This document shows positions 48,469-58,300 of a DNA stretch of 63,225 bases, in pieces (positions within the stretch are counted from its first letter, which is position 1; each line of letters starts with the position of its first letter). A program made the translations under genes and the position numbers. Under the pieces are notes generated by a model that did not search any database, was not told the DNA's origin, and was given only the letters and a program-made list of their open reading frames with translations. Source of the DNA: Chlamydiia bacterium (lineage in GTDB: Bacteria > Chlamydiota > Chlamydiia > Chlamydiales > RGXB01); the NCBI GenBank assembly GCA_040382515.1, contig JBEIFH010000006.1, positions 1-63,225 on the forward strand. The letters run 5' to 3'.

Positions 48469-49781
48469 TGACCCATTTTATCATAACAATCGACGGTCCG
48501 AGCGCCTCAGGCAAATCGACGTTGGCTAAGAAAATTGCCCAGCGGTTAGGGATTAACTATCTTGACTCAGGTGCATTCTACCGCTCGATTGCCGCATTCC
48601 TCCTATTAAAAGAGGAGACGGAAGAGGAGGAGGGTTTTTTATCTCGGTTTTTAGAGCAGGCAATACTGAAGCTTGAGTACGAGGGGAGTTTTGCACGGTA
48701 CTTTTTAAATGGGGTAGATCTTACGCCCTTTTTGAGGAATGAACAGGTTGCGATGAAAGCCTCCCGCATCGCTAAATTTGGGGTGGTTCGTAAATTTGTG
48801 AATCAAAATTTACAGGCCATTTGCAAAAAAGGGGATTTCATAGCTGACGGGCGCGATTTAGGCTCTAAGGTGTTTCCAAAAGCCGATGTCAAGTTTTTTT
48901 TGACGGCATCTATAGAATCAAGAGCAAAACGGCGCGAGCTGGAACAAAAGACAATTGGCATAGAGACGTCATTTGAAAAAGTCCTCGAGCAACTCCTTTT
49001 AAGAGATCAGCAAGACTCGAAACGTAAAATTGACCCGTTAGTAAAACCTGACGATGCCATTTTCATAGACACCACCACTTTTACGACAGATGAAGTTTGT
49101 GAGCAAATGCTAATAAGCATAAAAAAAAAGTTTATTGCTCGCCCTAGTTGGTATAGAGTTTTTATAGGGTGTCTTATTAGAAAATTTTTCAAGATTTTTT
49201 TTCGACTTCAGGTTTTTGGTGAAGGTAATGCTGAAAAGGTTGTGGGTGGCCTTGTATATGCAAACCATACCTCCTACCTAGATGCCCCTTTACTTTTATC
49301 GATCTTGGGGCCGAATACTGTTTTTGTAGCAAGCAAAAGGGTGATTGAAAAAAATATTTTCATACGTTGGATCACAAGTTTTTTTCCCCTAATTCTTGTC
49401 GATGAAAAAAATATGCCTCGTGATTTTTTCAGAATCTGCAATAGGGAGATTCATAAAGGGTGTTCCGTCGTGATTTTTCCTGAGGGGATGCGCTCTATGA
49501 CGGGTGAAATCCTCCCCTTTAAAGACGGGTTGGCCTCCATTATTATCCATTGTAAAATAACAGAGGTGCTTCCTATTTACCTTGGAGGAGTTTATAATGC
49601 TTGGCCAAAAGATAGGCTTTTCCCCACATTTTGGAAAAAAATTACCGTTTTGATTTCCAAACCACTGTGTATGACAGAGTACAAAGAGTGGGGCGCTAAA
49701 GAGCCTAGAAATGTGTTGACAGAGTATTTGAAAAAAAGGCTTGTAGATCTAGAAAAACAGTATAAGGATAAATATGAGTAA
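48468..49781 (+). CDS. cmk: Fused cytidylate kinase / 1-acyl-glycerol-3-phosphate acyltransferase
   Basis: N half: IDGPSASGKST, LDSGAFYR, DGRD, RD..DS.R..PL. C half: NHTSYLD and FPEGMRS (PlsC motifs). One open frame. Confidence 0.88.
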   Translation: MTHFIITIDGPSASGKSTLAKKIAQRLGINYLDSGAFYRSIAAFLLLKEETEEEEGFLSRFLEQAILKLEYEGSFARYFLNGVDLTPFLRNEQVAMKASRIAKFGVVRKFVNQNLQAICKKGDFIADGRDLGSKVFPKADVKFFLTASIESRAKRRELEQKTIGIETSFEKVLEQLLLRDQQDSKRKIDPLVKPDDAIFIDTTTFTTDEVCEQMLISIKKKFIARPSWYRVFIGCLIRKFFKIFFRLQVFGEGNAEKVVGGLVYANHTSYLDAPLLLSILGPNTVFVASKRVIEKNIFIRWITSFFPLILVDEKNMPRDFFRICNREIHKGCSVVIFPEGMRSMTGEILPFKDGLASIIIHCKITEVLPIYLGGVYNAWPKDRLFPTFWKKITVLISKPLCMTEYKEWGAKEPRNVLTEYLKKRLVDLEKQYKDKYE

Positions 49782-50082
49782 AGATTATGAACTGAATCAA
49801 GAAACCTTTAATTCTAAGGTTTTGGAGTCGAAAGGGACGGTTTTAGTAGATTTCTGGGCTCCTTGGTGCGGGCCTTGCAGGCAGTTGGCACCTCTCATTG
49901 AAGAGTTGTCGATGGAGCATCCTGGGCAGGTATTTAAAGTGAACGTTGATCATGCCCAAGACCTGGCAGCAAAGTTTGGAATCCGTAGCATTCCCACACT
50001 AGTTTTCTTTAAAAACGGTCAAGTCGTAGATACTCTTGTAGGGGTGCACACAAAATCTACAATTTCAGATAAACTGAAATAG
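49774..50082 (+). CDS. trxA: Thioredoxin
   Basis: DFWAPWCGPC, IRSIPT. Confidence 0.97.
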   Translation: MSKDYELNQETFNSKVLESKGTVLVDFWAPWCGPCRQLAPLIEELSMEHPGQVFKVNVDHAQDLAAKFGIRSIPTLVFFKNGQVVDTLVGVHTKSTISDKLK

Positions 50083-50127
50083 ATTTTTGATAAATAGATG
50101 GTAAATCTGATTGATTCATTTATAGAA

Positions 50128-50159
50128 AAAACCTTCCACATCTTAGATGGGAAGGTTTT
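50128..50159. terminator. Bidirectional intrinsic terminator between convergent trxA and mip
   Basis: AAAACCTTCC...GGAAGGTTTT inverted repeat with A/T tails on both sides. Confidence 0.7.
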
Positions 50160-50173
50160 GAAAGGGTGGATCG

Positions 50174-50941
50174 TTACTTGGCCGCTTCTTTTACATCTTT
50201 CAGTTCAAGAAGTTCTGTGTCCGCAATCCCTTGAACAGCTTCGTTTTTCTCCTCTGGAACGTGAGATTTCATAATCTCAACTTCAAAAGTGAGAAGGGAA
50301 TTCGGAGGAAGCATACCGCTTGTGCCGTAGCCCAGGTCGGGATGGATATAGATTGTTCTTTTTTCTCCCTCTTTCATACCGACAAGAGCTTTTGAGAAAC
50401 CTGGAAATGTATCGGTTAACGAAATTGTTTCAGACTCAGATTCACCAAAAACCTGACCGCTCAAAAACTTTCCTTGATACTTGATCAAAGGATTTGAGCT
50501 TGCCTCTACAGCAGGTCCATTCCCTTTTTGGAGGGTAACGTACTGAATTTTTCCGGCTTCAAGAGATATAACGTTCTCTTTTTTTCCATTAAAGTCTAAA
50601 AATTCTTGGGCCTCTTTGAGGTTGTCACCCGCTAATTTTTGAAAAGATTTTTCCTGAATTTTATGAATTGCCTCAACGGTCTGTTCCTCGCTTAGCGGTG
50701 CCGCCTTACCGGACATTGCGTCTTTGAGACCTTCAATTACACAGTCGATATTGAAATCCGGACCGAGGTTAGCAAGGTTTTTTGAAATCAGATGACCAAG
50801 TGCTTTGGAAATGACAAGGTTATCGATTTCTTTTGATGCTTCAACCGCCTCCTCTTTTTGCATATCTGCAGATTTACTACAGTGCAAAGGGAGCATTTGC
50901 AGGGCGCAACCAACGCTAAGGAAAGCTAGCCACTTTTTCAT
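50174..50941 (-). CDS. mip: FKBP-type peptidyl-prolyl isomerase (Mip-like)
   Basis: FKBP_N helix plus GMKEGEKRTIYIHPDLGYG..PPNSLLTFEVE; signal peptide and GGAG RBS at 50941. Confidence 0.9.
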   Translation of the reverse strand: MKKWLAFLSVGCALQMLPLHCSKSADMQKEEAVEASKEIDNLVISKALGHLISKNLANLGPDFNIDCVIEGLKDAMSGKAAPLSEEQTVEAIHKIQEKSFQKLAGDNLKEAQEFLDFNGKKENVISLEAGKIQYVTLQKGNGPAVEASSNPLIKYQGKFLSGQVFGESESETISLTDTFPGFSKALVGMKEGEKRTIYIHPDLGYGTSGMLPPNSLLTFEVEIMKSHVPEEKNEAVQGIADTELLELKDVKEAAK

Positions 50942-50969
50942 ATGTTCTCCATTTCGTATTTTGGGTAAT

Positions 50970-52742
50970 TTATTTTTTATAAGATTTATCCACAACACAA
51001 ATATGAAGCTCTTCTAGCTGATGTCTGGAAACGCTGGAGGGACATCCATTCATTAAGTCGGAGGCTTTTTGTGTTTTAGGAAAAGCAATCACATCGCGAA
51101 TATTATCGGTTTTTAATAGTAGCATGACCAAGCGGTCTACGCCGATGGCGAGCCCCCCGTGCGGAGGTGTTCCGTAGCTCAAGGCGTCGATAAAAAATCC
51201 AAATTTATTGTCTATTGATTCGTCGTCAATTTCAAGTGTAGAGAAAATTTTCCGTTGCATATCCTTGTCATGGATACGAATTGACCCGCCCCCAATTTCG
51301 TAGCCGTTAAGAACTATGTCATAGGCCTTAGCTCGGACTTTTAAAGGGTCAGATTCCAGCAGAGGGATATCCTCATCGACCGGAGCTGTGAAGGGATGGT
51401 GGGCAGAGGTGGGGTTTCCAGTTTCATCCGGGACAAAAAGGGGAAAATCAACGACCCATAGGAATTTGTAATCGTCGGGGTCATATAGTCGTAATTTTTT
51501 CCCTAGATCACGCCTTAGTTGATCGAAAGCCTGGTTCACAGCATCCTCATTGCCGACACCAAATAGAACAAGATCGCCTTCTTGAAGATTTAAGGAGGTT
51601 TTCAAAAGCTTTTGATTCTCCTCGGACAGGAATTTTGCAATCCCCGTTTCGAGTTTCCCCCCTTGGAATCTCGCCATAGGAAGTCCACCAAGACCGAATT
51701 TTTGCACGAAATGGGTGTAATCCTCGAGATCTTTTCTCGAGATCCTCTCCCCTTGTGGCACAACGATGGTTTTTATGGCATATTTTCGGCCTAAAGCTTC
51801 ATTGAAAATATTAAACGTAGAGTCTTCTAAAGCTTTATGGACTCGGTGGAGTTTTAGCTCAAATCGGATATCCGGCCGATCGCAGCCATAAGTTTCCATC
51901 GCTTCAGCGTAGGAGATTCTTGTAAAACTTTTGTCAAAATTCTTTCCCAAAACCCTACTGAAGACCTGTTTCAGGATCGATTCGACAAGTTGGATAATTG
52001 TTTCTTGATCGACAAAACTCATCTCGATATCGAGCTGCGTGAATTCAGGCTGTCTGTCTGCTCGTAGGTCTTCGTCCCTAAAGCAACGAGCTATCTGGAA
52101 ATACCGGTCTAATCCAGCAACCATTAGGAGCTGTTTGTATTGTTGCGGAGACTGAGGTAAGGCGTAGAAATTTTTTGGATGCACCCTTGAAGGCACTAGA
52201 TAATCTCTTGCCCCTTCAGGGGTAGATTTCCCAAGAATCGGTGTTTCTACTTCGCAAAAGCCGGCATCATCAAGCAGATCGCGTAAAATTTTTACAGCTT
52301 TATGACGCACTTCAAGGTTTTTAAGTATCTGGCCACGTCTAATATCAAGGTAACGGTACTGGAGCCGCGTCTCCTCTTGAATCGCGATGTTCTCCTCGTT
52401 AATGGGGAAAGGGGGAGTTTTAGCCTTGGATAGCAGGGTGACCTGATGCCCTTCAACTTCAATCTCACCTGTTTTTAGGTTCGGATTTTGCATCCCGTCG
52501 GCCCTTGCCCGGACTGTTCCTTCAATCTCGATCACCCACTCGTTCCGTATGGATTCCGCCATCGCATGGGACTCAGGTGATATCACCGGGTCGAAGACGA
52601 CTTGGGTGATGCCGGTCTTATCTCTTAGATCTATAAAAATAAGTCCGCCATGATCCCGGCGCTTATGCACCCAACCTGAAAGTTTAACCGTTTTTTTAAG
52701 ATCGCGAGCGGTGAGCTCTCCAAGCTTGTGCGTGCGGTACAT
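50970..52742 (-). CDS. aspS: Aspartate--tRNA ligase (likely non-discriminating)
   Basis: MYRTH, RRDHGG (His typical of ND-AspRS), TPEGARDY, LPQSPQ, FRDEDLRADRQPEF, PPHGG, AFPKT. Confidence 0.97.
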   Translation of the reverse strand: MYRTHKLGELTARDLKKTVKLSGWVHKRRDHGGLIFIDLRDKTGITQVVFDPVISPESHAMAESIRNEWVIEIEGTVRARADGMQNPNLKTGEIEVEGHQVTLLSKAKTPPFPINEENIAIQEETRLQYRYLDIRRGQILKNLEVRHKAVKILRDLLDDAGFCEVETPILGKSTPEGARDYLVPSRVHPKNFYALPQSPQQYKQLLMVAGLDRYFQIARCFRDEDLRADRQPEFTQLDIEMSFVDQETIIQLVESILKQVFSRVLGKNFDKSFTRISYAEAMETYGCDRPDIRFELKLHRVHKALEDSTFNIFNEALGRKYAIKTIVVPQGERISRKDLEDYTHFVQKFGLGGLPMARFQGGKLETGIAKFLSEENQKLLKTSLNLQEGDLVLFGVGNEDAVNQAFDQLRRDLGKKLRLYDPDDYKFLWVVDFPLFVPDETGNPTSAHHPFTAPVDEDIPLLESDPLKVRAKAYDIVLNGYEIGGGSIRIHDKDMQRKIFSTLEIDDESIDNKFGFFIDALSYGTPPHGGLAIGVDRLVMLLLKTDNIRDVIAFPKTQKASDLMNGCPSSVSRHQLEELHICVVDKSYKK

Positions 52743-53036
52743 GTTTTAGATCCTAGAGTTTTGACTTTAACAAATCGAGGCAACTTCCGTAGAGGCGAGC
52801 CGGCTCTTTAATGAGGAAATTTCTAATAATCGCTCGATACAAAGGGCTATAATAGCCGTTTTTCCATTATGCGTAAAGGGTCAACCCCTTGATTAAATAG
52901 GCCTGTGAGACCGAGAGGCTTGACTGTACACTCTTAAAGATTTTTAAAAAGTGAGGAAATTTTTGTTTTAACCGCCTGACGTTTTTTTGCTCCCGGCAAG
53001 ATAGAACTCTAGGGTAAAATCAGGGCATCGTGACGC

Positions 53037-53591
53037 TTAGCAGAGCGCCCTTAACGCAATTTCCCCGAATTTTAGGAGACGTTCAATTTCACTTTTCTTT
53101 TCATGCAGATTGCGCAAAATTTCCATAAACGGAAACGGGATCCAGTTTTCGCCTGTGCTCAAAGAAAGGTAGTATCCCAGGCTGTGGTCCCCCTTTTCAG
53201 GGTAGTGATTGATCGCCTCAATCATCTCATTTAACCCTCCGGTCGGAATCGCAGCTTCTTCTATAGAGCTGCAAACATCTTGCCAGCTTTTGGATAGTTT
53301 TTCGCAATACCTCCAGTCGGCGCTGAGATCCTCCTCTTGAAGTTGATGGAGAGTTTTAATAAAATCCTTCAAGGAATCGATGATTTTTTGAGGTGTCTTC
53401 AAAGATTCTGTAGATCGGATCGAATCGAGGAGTGTGGAGGCGACAAGGTAGGACAAGATATGCATATAATAGGCGCCCGGAGGGAGGTTAAGCTCCTCCT
53501 CTTTTTGAGACCTGTCTTTATTGGCCCTTTCTGTCCGAATTTCCCCGTGCATATGATGATAACCACGGATCGATTGTCCATACGATTGCAT
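53037..53591 (-). CDS. Hypothetical protein
   Basis: 184-aa ORF with AGGG RBS filling the gap; C-terminal HSLGYYL..GENWIPFPFMEIL looks conserved but no family recognised. Confidence 0.7.
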   Translation of the reverse strand: MQSYGQSIRGYHHMHGEIRTERANKDRSQKEEELNLPPGAYYMHILSYLVASTLLDSIRSTESLKTPQKIIDSLKDFIKTLHQLQEEDLSADWRYCEKLSKSWQDVCSSIEEAAIPTGGLNEMIEAINHYPEKGDHSLGYYLSLSTGENWIPFPFMEILRNLHEKKSEIERLLKFGEIALRALC

Positions 53592-53723
53592 ATGTTTCCC
53601 TAGATACCTTTTTTTAATAAAAAAAACTACAATTTTCTTATCCCCCTCTTTTCAAGACTTTAAGGTTTTCTTTTGAGATTCTTAGATAAAAGAATCAGCT
53701 AAAGAGGAGTCGGGGGAATTTAC

Positions 53724-55193
53724 TTGATAGAACGGATCTTCTTCTCTGAAAAATTCTTTTTTGTTAGCCTAAGTTTTAGAGGACTCTGGGGATTGAGATA
53801 CAAACGCTTGAAAGTTTCGAATTGGCTTAATTATTTTCAGTTCCTCTCAGAGAGAAAAGCTCAAGGGGCCCAATCTCGCCTTTATCAATACTGGCGACTA
53901 AGAATTTTTAGTTCCATTTACCTTGGTTATGCTTTTTTTTATTTGACCCGAAAGAGCTTTAATTTCGCTATGCCTGCGATGATAGAGGATTTGGGGATTT
54001 CAAAAACCGAGCTGGGGTTTTTAGGTTCGGTCCTATACATCACGTATGGAGCCAGCAAATTTTTAAGCGGAATCATGGGAGACCGCTTCAATCCCCGTTA
54101 TTTTATGTCGATCGGTCTGATTTTAACGGGTGTTTTCAACATTTTTTTCGGACTCTCCTCGAGCATTTTGTTTTTTGCCCTTTTTTGGGGACTCAATGGG
54201 TGGTTTCAAGGTTGGGGTTGGCCTCCCATAGCAAAACTATTAACACACTGGTACTCTCAGTCGGAGAGGGGTCGTTGGTGGGGGGTTTGGAATACATCCC
54301 ACAATTTGGGTGGCGCTCTTATTCCCATAATAGTTGCAGCTGCAGCCCAATTTTTTGGTTGGCGTATGGCGATGTTTATCCCCGGTTCTATTTGTATTGG
54401 AATGGGCTTTTTTTTGATGAACCGCTTAAGGGACACGCCCCAATCTTTAGGGCTTCCCTCCATTGAAGAATTCCGCAATGACCACGTGATTTCCCCTCAA
54501 CAAGAGATCCTTCAGGAAAAAGAGTACTCCTCGCTCCAGATTTTAATGGAGTATGTGATCAAAAACCCCTACATCTGGGTCCTCTCGGTTACCTATTTTT
54601 TCATATACATGGTGCGTACCGCTATAAACGATTGGGGGTTATTGTATTTTGTTGAGTCAAAAGGGGTCCCGCAAATCATTGCAAGCTCTTTCATATTTGC
54701 ATTTGAAATAGGGGGTTTTTTTGGAAGTTTGGCGGCAGGATGGATATCAGACACCCTTTTTAAGGGGTTGAGAATCCCTGCAAATGCCCTGTTTGCACTT
54801 GGAGCGGCCGCTTCTTGTATTCTTATGGTTGTCTTCCCTGTCAACCTTTATGTTTTTTATTCTATTTTTATGTTCCTTTCAGGTTTTTTTATATTTGGAC
54901 CGCAGATGTTGATTGGCGTGGCTTGTGCAGAGCTCTCGCATAAAAAAGCTTCAGGTTCATCAACAGGTTTTGCCGGCACGTTTGCCTACCTTGGTGCAGC
55001 GACAGCTTCCCTTGTAAGCGGACGGCTGACCGAGCTTTACGGTTGGGATATTTTCTTTCCGGCTCTTGGTTTATTCAGCATCGTGTCATTTGCATTATTA
55101 GTCCCTTTTTGGAATGTAAAATCGAATCCAAAAATTGTTCCTGTCACTCTGGTTCAGGAGTCTCTGGAACCAAAAAGCTCTTTGGAATCTTGA
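53724..55193 (+). CDS. uhpC: MFS hexose-phosphate (G6P) transporter UhpC
   Basis: YLTRKSF, FQGWGWPP, WYSQSERG.WW..WNTSHNLGG, RDTPQSLGLP, GPQMLIG. True start probably TTG 53793 or 53808. Confidence 0.92.
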   Translation: MIERIFFSEKFFFVSLSFRGLWGLRYKRLKVSNWLNYFQFLSERKAQGAQSRLYQYWRLRIFSSIYLGYAFFYLTRKSFNFAMPAMIEDLGISKTELGFLGSVLYITYGASKFLSGIMGDRFNPRYFMSIGLILTGVFNIFFGLSSSILFFALFWGLNGWFQGWGWPPIAKLLTHWYSQSERGRWWGVWNTSHNLGGALIPIIVAAAAQFFGWRMAMFIPGSICIGMGFFLMNRLRDTPQSLGLPSIEEFRNDHVISPQQEILQEKEYSSLQILMEYVIKNPYIWVLSVTYFFIYMVRTAINDWGLLYFVESKGVPQIIASSFIFAFEIGGFFGSLAAGWISDTLFKGLRIPANALFALGAAASCILMVVFPVNLYVFYSIFMFLSGFFIFGPQMLIGVACAELSHKKASGSSTGFAGTFAYLGAATASLVSGRLTELYGWDIFFPALGLFSIVSFALLVPFWNVKSNPKIVPVTLVQESLEPKSSLES

Positions 55194-55310
55194 TACGAGA
55201 AAAAATCAAGAACCGATTGTGGCTAGTTGGTTCGGAAATCTTTTAAAATTCCTCCGGCGATCTAGCAGTTTATTTGGTTGATAATCCGCGATCCGTGGTA
55301 GAATTTGGGT

Positions 55311-58300
55311 ATGTGGATTTCATTAACCAACCATTCCGGATACTCGATTTTATCCTCTCAAGCCTCCATAGAGGAGCTTGTAAAATTTGCCTGTACAGAA
55401 AAAATGGGTGCTCTAGCTCTTACCGACTCCTGCAATTTATACGGGGCTGTTGATTTTTACAAAGAGTGCAAAAAAAAGGGTTTGAAACCGTTGATAGGGA
55501 TGGAGGCCATGTTAGCCTCGACCTCCAGATTTGATAAAAGGAGGGGTGGCGACGTTTTTGCTACACCGCTCTACCTCATAGCGAAAAACAAGGTCGGGTA
55601 TCAAAATCTATGCGCCCTCAGTTCTCTCGGATATATTGAAGGTTTCTATTACACCCCCCGGATCGATAAGGAGCTGATTGAAAAGCACCATGAAGGATTG
55701 ATTTGTTTGATTGGGTCCCACGCAAGTTATCTTGCCGACCTAGCTTTAAAAGAGGATGATACCTCTTTTTTCCAAGAATTGGACTGGTGGCAGGTTCTTT
55801 TTGGGGCCGATCTGTATCTGCAAGTCGAGCGACACAAGATGGAGCCGAGCGATCTGGTAGCTTTAGGGTTTGATAAAGAGCAATGGCTGTTGCAACTGCA
55901 CAATGAATTAGCGCAAAAGCAGGAGCTGTTGATTGAAAAATACAAACAGGTCTCAAAACAGAGACATATTCCGCTTGTAGCTACAAATAATGTGCAGTTC
56001 ATGCACAAAAAAGACTATAAGGCGCATGAAATTTTAATGAATATTCAATCAGCCGAGACTGTAGAAATTCTTGAAAAAGATGCGTCGGGTGTAGTAAGGC
56101 GCCGCTACCCTAATCCAAAAAGGCGCGTTCTACCCTCACATCAATATTATTTTAAAACTTCTGCCGAAATGCAGGAGCTGTTTCGTGACTTACCCGATGC
56201 TATAAAGGCGACGCAGAAGCTAGCCGATTCTGTCGATATGTCGATGGATTTTGATACCCGCTACTATCCGGTTTTTATTCCCCCCGATTTGGAGGGGAAA
56301 GTTTATACGGATGCAGAAAGGTCTAAGGCGGCAGAAGATTTTTTACGCAAGCTTTGTAGCGAGGGGGTTGCTAAAAGATACAATCACGAGAGGTTGGAAG
56401 AGGTACGAAAAGTCTATCCCCAAGAGGATCCTCTGGAAGTTGTTCTTAAAAGGCTCGATTATGAACTTTCGATTATCTCGACCAAGGGGATGTGCGATTA
56501 CCTTCTTATTGTATACGATTTTATTTATTGGGCCAAAACCCAGGGGATCCCGATGGGGCCCGGCCGAGGATCCGGTGCCGGCTCGATTATTTTGTACTTG
56601 ATAGGAATAACCGATATTGAACCCTTGCGTTTCCATCTATTTTTCGAGCGTTTTATCAATCCTGAAAGACTTTCGTATCCTGATATTGACGTGGATATTT
56701 GCATGGATCGCCGCCAGGAGGTGATCGATTACACAATCCAAAAGTATGGAAAGGATCGGGTAGCCCAAATCATTACATTCGGTACGATGAAGGCTAAAAT
56801 GGCGGTCAAAGATGTGGGGAGAGTTCTTAGCGTACCTTTATCTAAGGTGAACCTGATCGCAAAGCTTATCCCCGATGATCTGCAAATTACTTTGCAAAAA
56901 GCCCTGGAAGTGGAACCTGAATTACGGGAGCTTGCCCAAAAAGACGCTGAAGTCGCTAAAGTGTTGGAGATGGCCCAGGCTCTCGAGGGGTCCATAAGAA
57001 ACACAGGGATCCACGCGGCCGGACTCATCATCTCGGCAAAACCTTTAGTCGAAACAATTCCTGTGTGCACTGCTAAAGATTCACAGATGCTCGCGACTCA
57101 GTACGCCATGAAACCGGTGGAAGCGGTTGGGATGCTAAAGATCGATTTTCTGGGATTGAAAACGCTCACCTCAATTCAAAAAGCGTGCGACTCGGTAAAA
57201 GAAATTCATAAAATAGAAATTGATTGGGTAAATCTCCCACTCAACGATAAGAACACCTTTGATTTGTTAAACCAAGGGAAGACATCGGGAATATTTCAGT
57301 TAGAGTCGCAGGGGATGCAAGATCTTGCAAGACAACTGCACATCGATAAATTTGAGGAGATAATCGCGGTAGGTGCCCTCTACCGCCCCGGACCTATGGA
57401 AATGATCCCTACATTTATTCAAAGGAAGCATGGGCGCGAGAAGATAGAATTTGATCATCCATCGATGAAAGATATCCTTAAAGAGACCTACGGGATCATG
57501 GTTTACCAGGAGCAGGTGATGCAGATTGCCTCAAAGCTCGCCGGATACTCACTTGGCGAAGGGGATGTGCTACGCCGCGCTATGGGGAAAAAAGATGCAC
57601 AGGAAATGGCTCGCCAAAGGGATAAATTTCGGCTAGGAGCCTTGGAAAATAAAATCCCCGAATCCCAGTCAATGGCTATTTTCGATAAAGTGGAGAAATT
57701 CGCCAGCTACGGATTTAACAAATCTCACGCTGCAGCCTACGGTTTTTTGAGTTATGTTACCGCCTATTTGAAAGCAAATTATCCGGCGCACTGGATGGCT
57801 GCATTGATGACTTGCGATATGGCCGATATTTCTAAAGTAGCAAAACATAGCGCTGAATGCAAAACAATGGGGATCGCGGTCCTCCCTCCCTCCATCAACG
57901 ATTCAGAACAGTATTTTACCCCAACAAGTCAAGGTATCCGGTTTGCGCTGGGGGGGATTAAGGGAATCGGCGAAGGTGTTGTGCAGACGATCATTGAAAC
58001 GCGCCGTAAAGAGGGTTCTTTTAAGGGATTGAGCGATTTTGTACAAAAAAATGATGTAAAAAAGATCGGAAAAAAAACAATAGAGACGTTGATCGAAGCA
58101 GGTTGCTTTGATGATTTTTCCAGCTCAAGGCGTGCTCTTATAGCCCAAATAGGGGATCTTTTTGATGCAAGCGTACGGATCCAGAAGGAAAAGACGAAAG
58201 GGTATCTCTCCTTTTTTGAAGATGGGGAACAGGATCCGGAGACGACGGTCGCCCTTTCATCCGATGAATTGCCTCTTGAGCGATTGTTTAAAGAGAGGGA

